A stretch of 47,474 nt of DNA, the filler included, from Jimgerdemannia flammicorona (taxonomy: Eukaryota), in NCBI GenBank assembly GCA_003990765.1. It is 2 parts of 2 records of this genome, joined end to end, with 100 filler letters (N's around TTAATTAATTAA, not from the genome) between each part and the next. Parts side by side here need not be neighbours in the genome. Positions count along the whole stretch, not along the records: positions 23,788 to 47,474 come from RBNJ01001079.1; 1 more part is not named here. The stretch is one strand, 5' to 3'. The notes under the pieces are model-generated. The model searched no databases. It was not told the DNA's origin and saw only the letters and a list, made by a program, of their open reading frames with translations. Every line of letters begins with the position of its first letter. The first letter of the stretch is position 1. The translations under genes were made by a program, and so were the position numbers. Below are positions 37,750 to 47,474 of the stretch, piece after piece.

Positions 37750-38850
37750 CTTACTAATCCAGTGATTCACTACAGATTTACTATAATTCTATAAAGTCAG
37801 AATTTTATTTATTTATTTCCATATTTCTACATAATTTTAATTTTTACTTTTTAATTTTACTTATATATTGAGTCAAATTTTGGTCTCAGTTATATACTTT
37901 TTAAAAAGAAAATTATTATATAAATTTTATAATAATATAACAGATAGAGATGACTCAATTATCTGTTTACAATCTGTCTCAATCATCTGTCTGTCTATCT
38001 GTTATCTGTAACTGATAATAGATAGATAATTAAGACAGATAGATAGATAAAATAGAAAACAGCTAATTAAAAACTTATTATTATATTTTAAGCATATATT
38101 TTACTACTTTTTTTTATCAATTCTTTAAAATATATATCTATATTTAATACTTTCAAATAAATTAAATTAAATTAAGATCTGATTTAATTTAAAATTATAA
38201 GTCAAACTTTGAAATATAATAACTAAATTCAAAATATATCCAAATTTAATAATTTTTATTATATTAAATTTACTTAAATAAAATAAATCTAATAAGCTAA
38301 AATTTGATATATTTTTATTAGATTATTAAATTTTGAAAATTTAAAATTTAATTTAATATTATTTAAAGCTTAAGAAATAATTTTATTTATACTATTTTAA
38401 ATATAATTATCTCTTAGATTATATTATAGATATATATCTATAAAAAAAAAAAATTTAAACAAATTGAGATATATTTTTAACAGAAAAACAATATTTCAAA
38501 AAATCATTTTTTCAAACTTTAATTTGTCTACTAAATGATTTTAAAAGATGATTTTATCTACAGTCAAAGGGATATATTTTAGTTAATATTTATTTATATT
38601 AAGTTTTAAATTATTATTTTATTTATTAAAATAATTATATTTTACTATTTTTAAAAATTATAAATAAATAAATATTAGTTGTAATGAATTATTATATATA
38701 TACCTATAAGCCACTAAAAATTTCAATGGAAATTTCTATAGAATTTCTGATTAGTAGTTACATATATATAGTTACTCAGAATAGTATAAATATATAAATA
38801 TATCTAGTATACTATATTTAGTTATAGTCTTAAATATATAATACTCCAAA
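37750..38850. repeat. Extremely AT-rich decayed repeat DNA with clustered ACAGATA / TATCTGT direct and inverted motifs (37940-38055)
   Basis: Abrupt loss of CpG. The motif arrays resemble decayed subterminal repeats of a DNA transposon. Confidence 0.55.
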
Positions 38851-39750
38851 TGAGTCAATTTGAATCAAATACAAATTTTATTTATCATATGACAGTTTGA
38901 TCTAAATCTCAAATCTAAAGCCATCTGAATTAACTTAGATTAATCTGAATTACTCTATCTGAATTGCTTTATCCAAATCACTCATCTGAATTACCTCATC
39001 TGAATCACTCATCTGAACTACTCAATTTGAATTACTCAATCTGAATTACTCAATCTGAATTCTCTAATCCAAATCCTCCACATAACTCATATATCAGATA
39101 TATCTACATATATAATATATGTATATATATATAAATATATATATAAATACACATATACATATACACATATAAATATATATTGACAGATCAGTCTTCAATA
39201 GTTTATAGTACTGATGATGCTTCAAGTCAAATATCTCTAATAGTTCCACACCTTCCATGTAATCCTTACTCTGAAATCTGGTAACATTGTACTAAAATAG
39301 GAGATGATGTTGTTTGTAATTATTATAAGTAAAAAATTAAGACACACTTATTGATATAACTGACACTTTTGTTTGATATACATATAATACTATTTTATTT
39401 ATCTCTATAAACTGTACTAGCCAGAAGTTCAAAATACTTAGTGATACAACTTCAAATATATATTAATATATAAAAGACAAGTACTCTGATAAAATCAAAA
39501 AGAACATAAAGATAAATAAAATTGACATCTAAGCTATAGTGGGTACATTTATCTGATTGTCTGACTATTTCTATATCAATAACCCCATTTAATCAAAAAT
39601 ATTTAGCCATACTCTTTGGTAGAATTTTGAAATTGATTCATTTGCTGGATTATATATACAGACCAGCTATTTACAATCATTGAGAGTAGATTAATTGCAT
39701 AGTATCTTTGATCTCCTCAAGTATGATTTATATTTACCAAGTGCTGATAC
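38850..39750 (+). mobile_element. hAT-family DNA transposon remnant (subterminal repeats, BED finger, start of transposase)
   Basis: Array of about ten 14-15-bp ATCTGAATTACTCA units (38923-39075). Then SEIW*HCTKIGDDVVCNY, SDTTSNI, DQLFTIIES and FDLLKYDLYLPSADT, cut by an LTR at 39751. Confidence 0.75.
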
Positions 39751-41525
39751 TATAAGTATACAATCTCCAAGCTACCAAAATTATATATCATCCTCAGAAC
39801 TAATTCAGAAACTATATGCAAGACTACAAAACAAGTTACTGAAGAGATTATCTGATTACATAAAATATATCAGCAAGCATAAGAACCTACTGCCAAGATA
39901 TAAGAATACCAGAAGAAGTACTACAACTATAAGACCAACTCTGAACCTCTACAACTAGTTTAGTATACTGTACTATTATAAAAAGAAACTAAAAGTACTA
40001 AACTCAAACTGAGATGAGAAGAATCTCTCTTATTTACCAAAGATTCATAAACTATACTTATTAACTCAAGACTAAGATATATCACAACTATACAAAGATC
40101 TCATTACTTAGCAGAAGTAAAATACATTTAAATAACTCTATTTGCTCTATCTATATCACCTCTATTAGAGAATGATGAATGCTTCATCTGAACTCAAGAA
40201 AGCTGACATTGTTAAAACCAATCTTAAGCCTATCTATGTGATAGATATTACTACTAGAAATTGTCTTGAATTATAGAAAATATTATTTTCAAGAGATTTA
40301 AACCTCCAGCTATAATATTGGGAGCCCTCACCCTAGACAAGAATGGCCAGTTCTTACAAATACACCAGTAGTCCAAAAAAAAAAAGATAACCAAGACCTA
40401 TTATTCTTATACAACTATCACTATCAAGGACAGCCTTAATCTTACAAGAGATAGAGATGACAATATCTTTGAAACTGATAATGTCAGAAGTCAGAAAACT
40501 GCTCAGACTTTACCAGAGATAATATCATCAATAGTGATGTCATTAAAGACTAATTAGATAGTATCTAAATCTATATATAGCTTAGCAGTCATTGGTATAG
40601 TTAGATTAGCTTTGTATAATATGACTGTAAACTAACTTAGTAGTCAGACAATCTCTTGATATGTCAGATTATACTTATACTATATAACTGTATTCTGACT
40701 TAGCAAAGTATTAAGTGCTATATCCATATTCAGTATAATCCAGATAGCCCCTCACTAGTATAAATACCCCCTCCTCCAGACCTCAGAATCTCAGACTCAA
40801 ATATACAAAAACATTCCTGAATACTTCTCTACAACATCCCTTCATATAACTACTCCTAGTATAGTAATATTATGAATAGCAAAAGTAAATCTGCCCCCCT
40901 ATTAGATCCTACTCCTAACCCCATTATGAAATTTCCTAATTGGGTATTATCTGTAGCAATATACCAATTCAACTAAGCTGGTCTTAGTTTCTTAAACTTT
41001 CTGAAATATGGAAAATCCTGAATATCCAGAAATAGTTCAAAAAAAGACTTTGGTTGAGATATCAATCCAATCTTGAAATCAATAAGCATAGAGGATGTAC
41101 TCTATATAAAATTGATCTTGACCTTAAGAAAACAATCTTCTAAAATATCTAGAACTTCTAGAAAACTCTTTCAGAGCTATGTAATGATTACCCTAATAAG
41201 TAACCCTCTTACAACTTAGTAGCAGTAGTTTATAATCCAATTCTGCTTCAAAATACTTCCTCACCCTGCTACAAACACCTCTGAGAATTTCTATAAGTTA
41301 GTATAAAGCCCAACCTCTGAACTGGAATTTATTCTGAACTATTTAACAATCTAGAGATAATTAAACCTGATATATAAGGACAATTTGACCTCTATACCTA
41401 CAACAAGTGGGACAGACTTTATTTAAAGAAAGAAGTACTTCAATTAAATCAGCAGATAGGTAAAATCCTATATACCAAACTTTTTGCTCTACACCCAGTA
41501 AGTTAAGATGAAAAAGGTCTTATCA
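39751..41525 (+). repeat. 5' LTR of Gypsy C
   Basis: 39751-40255 matches 44607-45110 and 40364-40563 matches 46099-46297. The right end (GGTCTTATCA) is a guess. Confidence 0.7.
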
Positions 41526-42179
41526 AAGCCTTCTTTACTCTTCTTAATAAGAGTTTTATCAGCTCTACAAATCCAAGCAACCTAGGATAACTAGTAGCAG
41601 TCTTTTTAGCCTTAGTTCCTCATGAAGCCCAAGCCTCTATAGCCAAGTGGCTCAACTTTACTGACTTTCACCATACCAGAACCAAGACTGTATTATACTA
41701 CCAATTCCAGAACAGCAAGGCCCATCATATTCTTAAGGAAGAAGTAAGAGAAACTCTTCATCAACAACCTGATTCCAAACCAGAAGCAGGTCTAGCTACA
41801 GCTCTACCTGAACCTGAAACCAATACCAAAACAGAACTTAACTTTAAATTAAGTTCATCTGAAATCAGATATACAACTGATTCTGTCTACTTTAATACTG
41901 AGTAAACCCAACTACACAGAGACCAAGCTGAAGAGGAGGAGGAGTATCTTAGTGAATTCAATCTCAGATATATTACTGAAGGAGATGCACCCCCATCAGG
42001 ACAGAATACACCTATACAGCAATAGATAGCTATCTATTGAGCCCTTACTTCAGACCCACAACTATTACTCCAGCAACTTATACAGACTCAAAGAACTCTA
42101 TCACACTCTGCACCAGTACCTCAAGTAGTACCAATAACACCACTACCAGTAGTCCAACCACCTTTAGTAAACAATATAG

Positions 42180-43170
42180 TAAATCAACAAATTCTAGACC
42201 TTATAGCCCAGATAGCTATAATGATAGTAACTATTACTGTCTTAGCTGAATAGACTCAACCAATCAAAAATCTGAGCCTACCTACCTTCAATGGTACTGT
42301 ACAAGAAGTCCAAAGCTTCATTAGTATAGTTGATACCAACTTTGAAGCCAATCAATGGACCAATGAGTGAGTTGCTGACTGCCTTCTAATAAACAATCAA
42401 GACCACACTCTGGAACAACTTTTTGCTACCACTACAGCCTATATCTGCTGAGTTGTTACATTCTTCTGAGGACTTGCTGAAGAATAGTAGTGAACCCTTC
42501 CTAAAAAATCCCTCACATAGGACACTTGACTTACAGTTGTTGCCCAAAATGCAGCAAACAATACCCCAGGATATGGAGTCTATTCTGCAGCCCCTGGACT
42601 CAAACAACTCATGACTGCTCAATATCACAGTGAAACCATAATTGCCAAATCTTGAGTCAAACTCTGTAATCTCAAATTTGATATATATGGTAAGGAAGAA
42701 TTCAAAACCTTCTATACAAAACTCAAGTTACTTCTGAATACTATTAGTCTAGAATATATTACCAATGATGAAGCATGAAATAGTATAAGAGCAGACTATC
42801 TATTCAATACACTACCCAAATGGCTTATAAGAAAAATCTGAGAACAAGGATGCCCAGTTGATTGCAATCACCAACAATAGTGCCTGGCAAGAATCAAGAC
42901 TATAGTCAAGTGAATTCTGACAGCTGGACCAATTCTGCCCTGAAGACAATTCAATAATAAGAAAAAGACTTAGACTAAGAAAGAAGAACCCAAGCATGAA
43001 GCATCCCAAACTCTCTTCACATCTATCTCTTAGATACTCTGAAATTATGAACTCACTTAGTCAAGTATCTTCAAGAAACTCACTGAAGGAGAAAGAAATA
43101 AATTTCAAAGAAGTGGAGCATACTTCTATTGCCAAAAGACAGGATATATAGCCAGTGCCTACCCTAACTG
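42180..43170 (+). pseudogene. Gag of Gypsy C
   Basis: LPTFNGTVQEVQSFI and KLTEGERNKFQRSGAYFYCQKTGYIASAYP (decayed CCHC). Confidence 0.82.
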
Positions 43171-43237
43171 AAAACTCCAAACAGCAATATGAGCAACTGT
43201 TAGTACTTTGCACCACCTCAATAACCTGACTATCAGA

Positions 43238-43648
43238 ATACTAGACTTTGTCAAGTTAAGGTCAACTGCCAAGGCTCCAATCAAAGGAAGTCAAAAGACA
43301 GCTAGATATGACCTGTATGCAGCCAAAGAAGCTATAGTTTTCAACTGAGAAGTTAAGCAATTCTATACAGAAATTAGCATCCAAATCCCTGAAGGACATA
43401 TTGGAAGAATATACTATTATAGCAGCCTAATATTGAAAGAACTCTTAGTTAAAAGAGGAGTTATTGATGAAGATTATATAGGCAAAATTATTGTCCTTAT
43501 CTGAAACCACAGTTGGATACCATTCAAGATTTCTATTGGTTTCTATATTGCCCAGATCCTATTTGAAAAAATTGAGTCAACTCTGACAGTCAAGAAAGTC
43601 TCTGAACTACTGCCTACTATCTGAGGATTTAAAGGATTTGGCTCATCA
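43238..43648 (+). pseudogene. dUTPase domain of Gypsy C, between the zinc knuckle and protease
   Basis: FVKLRSTAKAPIKGS, ARYDLYA, IPEGHIGRI, GVIDEDYIGKI, IAQILFEKI, GFKGFGSS. Confidence 0.93.
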
Positions 43649-43879
43649 AACAAGATGCCAGCCCAACCTATCATGAACAAAGAAGAACAATTCTACAAAA
43701 AAATCAAAGATAGATATATACCAAGTAACTGATATCTTCATGACATTGAAATATACTCTTTCTAAATGATTAATAATTGCTTCTTTTATGTCAATAAACT
43801 GGCTCAAAGAAGAACCAATAGAAGGAAAACTCCTATAACTGAAATTACCACCATTGGATCAGACAAACTGCTTACACTT

Positions 43880-44190
43880 CAAGCTTTTGTCAACTGAGCA
43901 CCTGTTAAGATTATGATAGACAGTAGTGCCTCAGATAACTTTATCAATGAAGAAACAGCCAACAGACTCAAGGTTCTGACATCTCCAGTATAATAAACTC
44001 AAGCAGTTGTCACAGCTAATGGAATCTCTCATGTTATTAGCAAGGAAGTCTGCAATCTGCCCTTCTGAATTAGTAACTACTGAGTACATGTTACCCTCCA
44101 GATCATATCACTTCCTGATAATGAAATCATTCTTGGAACCCTATGGTTGAAACAAGAGAACCCCATGATCAATTGGGTAAACTATTCTCT
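43880..44190 (+). pseudogene. Aspartic protease of Gypsy C
   Basis: KIMIDSSASDNFI and IILGTLWLKQENPMINW. Confidence 0.9.
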
Positions 44191-44606
44191 AACCATTAGA
44201 AAAGGATGCCACAACTTCAAACTGTAAGGTGAAAAGGACCCACTCAGTTCTAGTGACCCTAGACTAAAGATCATCCATATCAACAAGCTACAGCTCAAGA
44301 AATTGGCCAAGAAATGCCCTCTCTTTACCATCTCTATCCATCCATCCAAAGAAGAACCCAAGAACTCTAAAGAAGACTTTTCCAAAGTTGATAGCCATGT
44401 CAGACTCCTACTCTAGAAATTCCAAAACACATTTCTGAACTGAACTGCAAAACCACCTGCACCTGTCATTATTAATGACCAAGAAGAATACAAAGTTGAA
44501 CAAATCCTCAACAAATATAATCACAAGAACCATCCAAATAGTACAACAACACTAGATCAAATTAGAAGGTCTTGATGAGGACATTGAAAGCTAAGAAAGG
44601 GAGAAT

Positions 44607-46297
44607 TATAAGTGCATAACCTCCAAGTCACTAAAATTGCATATCATTCTCAGAACCAATTTGGAAACTATATGTGAGACTACAAAACAAGTTACTGAAG
44701 AGATCACCTGATTATACAAAATATCTCAGCAAGTATGAGAATCTACTGCTAAGATATAAAAATACCAGAAGAAGTACTATAACCATAAGACCAATCCTGA
44801 ACTTCTACAACTAGTTTGGTATACTGTACTATTATAAAAAAAAACTAAAAGTACCAAACTCAAACTGAGATAAGAAGAACCTCTCTTATCTATGAAAGGT
44901 TCATAAACTGTACTTATCAACTCAAGACCAAGATACACTGCAACTATACAAAGACCTCATTACTTAGTAGAAGTAAAATGCATTTGAATAACTCTATTTA
45001 CTCTATCTGTATCACCTCTATTGGAGAATGATGGATGCTTCATCTGAACTCAAGAAAACTGACATTGTCAAAACCAATCTCAAGCTCATCTATATAATAG
45101 ATATTACCATAGTTGTAACAATTTCTTAATTATGATAAACTCCTCGTGTACTTTGTTTGGTGGTAGTGCATTACTGACAGAGGGGGTGACAGAGGAGGCA
45201 GACAATGGGCAACACAGAATACAGGCAACATGGGCAACATGGGCAGGCAACACAGATAACATGAGTAATATGGGTAACACAGGCAACATGGGCAGGCAAG
45301 ATTGGTAAGATGGGCAAGATGGGCAAGACAACAAGATGGCAAGATGGGCAACATGGACAAGACAGGCAGATGGCAAGATAGGTGACATGGGCAAAATGGG
45401 CAAAATAGGCAACATGGGTGAGCAACACGGGCAATATAGACAACATGAGCAATATAGGCAATACAGACAACATGGGCAACATGGGCAGGTAAGATAGATA
45501 AGACAGGCAAGATGACAAGATGGGCGACATGGACAAGACAGGCAGATGGCAAGACAGGCAATATGGGCAAGATGGGCAAAACAGGCAAAATGGGCAACAT
45601 AGGCAACATGGGCAACACAGGCAACACAGGCAACATAGGCAACATGGGCAACATAGGTGGGCAAGACAGGCAAGACAGGCAAGACAGACAAGATGGACAA
45701 GACAGCAAGATGGCAACACAGGCAACATGGGCAACATGGGCAATATGGGCAGACAAGATGAGCAAGATGGGCAAGACAGGCAAGATGGGTAAGATGGGCA
45801 AGATGGGTAAGACAGGCAAGACAGGCAAGACAGGAGACACTAATAGAGGTAGATCAGATATACTAGATGCCAAGTACTTGAGGTGGTTGGGGCTCACAAC
45901 CCATACCCACTCTTGAGTGGGGCAGACTGGGTAGGAGGATCTAGTTACTTAGGCAGTGAGGTTGCAACTCACACTCTAAAGGTACAAGGCTGAGTGAGTA
46001 TGAAGGTGGGTTGAGATTGGGGTGGAATGGGACTACTGATATTGTATGAGGACATGTGGTATATTATAGATAGTTAATAAATGAGAAAAATATATAGTAC
46101 CAGTAGTCCAAAAAAAAAAGATAACCAAGATCTGTTATCCTTGTATAACCACTGCCACCAAGGATAGCCTTAATATTATAAGAGATAGAGATGATAATAC
46201 CTTTGAAGCTGATAATATCAGAAGTCAGAAAACTGCTCAGACTTTGCTAGAGATGATGTCATCAATAGTGATATCATCAAAGACTAACCAGACAGCA
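44607..46297 (+). repeat. 3' LTR of Gypsy C, interrupted at 45114-46098 and cut at 46298
   Basis: Two blocks matching the 5' LTR flank an unrelated insert. Confidence 0.85.
45200..45838. repeat. 9-bp minisatellite (ATGGGCAAG / ACAGGCAAC variants)
   Basis: Roughly 70 degenerate 9-bp units inside a ~1-kb insert. Confidence 0.95.
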
Positions 46298-46298
46298 A

Positions 46299-47474
46299 TG
46301 CTCCTTTCTCTGCTACCTTACTGGTCACAATGGTTTGGTAGGTAACCTTCCAAGTTCCCTTTCCACAATTATTGCCCCCTCTACCTCAGGTTGGTTTGCT
46401 ATACCTATTGCAGGGCAGTGGGAGAGAGGCATTGGTGATGAGTTGCCCCTTTATCAGTGTCAGATCAGTGTCTTCTCTACTTTTTTGTGGTTTCTAGTGC
46501 CTTCAGCTGCATCTGGGGTACATCTGTTTTGGTGCAGTGCCTTCTTCCTTTTGCCATCGCCAACAAGGTATTGTCTCAGTGTATCTCGAGCTATATAGAA
46601 AGTCAGCCAACCTTGAGTGTCAAGTACTCAGTATAGGTTATCTGCAGGTCCTTAGTACCTATGGTGGGGCCCTCTGGCTTTGGTGAGCTTTCTGGCAAGC
46701 ATAGTTCTGGCATAGGTGGCTGCTTTTTGGGTGTTGTCAGGATGAGAGGAGAGATGGCCATCACAGATAGGAGGAAGGGTGATAACGGTGAACTAGTAGG
46801 GTACCAGACTGGGGGTGGTCATCAGAGCTGGGGCAGGTGCTACTTCAGTGGGGCATTTTGATTGGTGTGGTATAGTTAGGTGGTAGGTGTCACTCTCGGC
46901 TTCTTTTGGCAGTCAGTGGGGTTGGGCCCCAGTCATCAGGGGGGGTCAGGGGGCCTGAGGCTATCTATTTCAGGTATCTTGGCTACACTCAACTAGAACC
47001 AAGAGCTGATACAGCAATGTGATCGAGGCCTGTAGGCTTGAGTAGTGGAGTATTGGGGGTTTCCTTCCACCTCACATATAAGTCCTTTACTCATCTTGAC
47101 TGGGAGAACCAGACCCTACCCACTGTGTTGTACTTTGATGAGGGTTTTTCTTTGCCTGTCATTCTCTTTGGGGTGGCAGAGGCTATTCTATTCAGCTCAG
47201 GCATAGCCTTATACATACATTGGGTTCTCAGATGTGCACTTTCAGTCATTGGCATATGGTTGGGTTTCCCCTGGTGGTAGAGAGAGCATAGTGCACAGAA
47301 TGAGGTACAGGCCAACATAGGCCCTGCTGCACCTGGCATGGTCAAGCTGCTGGACAATAGCTAGCCTAGGTTAATGGGGGGGCAGTGCTTGGTGGGTGGT
47401 GGGAGAGGGTTTTGGCCTATATAGTCTAGGTTCTCTTCCAATAAAAATCTGCAGGACATGAGTCTGTTAAAAAA
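46299..47474 (+). mobile_element. 1.18-kb poly(A)-tailed interspersed repeat, copy 2
   Basis: Same 5' start (TGCTCCTTTCTC) and 3' end (GGACATGAGTCTGTTAAAAAA) as 22509-23687. Confidence 0.85.

Larger units (their letters stand above)
39751..46297 (+). mobile_element. Chromovirus-type Ty3/Gypsy element C, internally deleted (gag-dUTPase-PR, no RT/RH/IN, chromodomain start)
   Basis: Two LTR copies (39751 and 44607), a purine tract at ~44587-44605, gag with decayed CCHC, IMIDSSASDNFI protease, and PPAPVIINDQEEYKVEQIL. Confidence 0.88.

Noticed and set aside
38923..39075. Regular short repeats as a possible CRISPR array
   Set aside because: The units are adjacent with no unique spacers, the context is eukaryotic and there are no cas genes. 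They fit transposon subterminal repeats better.
45104..45916. Five overlapping ORFs (LPVLPM, Cys-rich, GKMGKT repeats)
   Set aside because: They are a by-product of a stop-free 9-bp minisatellite that is open on both strands.

Overview
Eukaryotic, most likely fungal, DNA. An early-diverging Mucoromycota-like genome is my inference from the gene and repeat style. The window is two unrelated 23,687-bp contigs (1-23687 and 23788-47474) joined by an artificial N44-TTAATTAATTAA-N44 linker. Contig 1 is entirely nested, decayed retroelements: a full-length L1/Tx1-type LINE (minus strand), a Ty3/Gypsy element with tRNA-Pro PBS, an older copy of the same Gypsy family, a ~500-bp foldback element, an ORF1 fragment of a second LINE, and a 1.18-kb poly(A)-tailed repeat. 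The Gypsy pol has a Cys/His-rich insert and a dUTPase between PR and RT, and an extra ORF follows integrase. Contig 2 has a CpG-rich gene island (23788-~37750) with two spliced genes of unknown function, an orphan ORF, an F-box/LRR gene and a bacterial-looking alpha/beta-hydrolase pseudogene. A CpG-free repeat block follows it: a hAT remnant, an internally deleted chromovirus with a dUTPase before its protease, a 9-bp minisatellite insert and a second copy of the 1.18-kb repeat. The main leads are: (1) the 1.18-kb element, which has a fixed 5' end and shares a 3' stem-loop/poly(A) tail with the LINE; (2) two Gypsy lineages carrying dUTPase at different positions; (3) repeat-restricted C-to-T decay that includes CpA-to-TpA (RIP-like) changes; (4) accessory ORFs in the Gypsy element. 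All calls come from reading and translating by eye; no searches were run.
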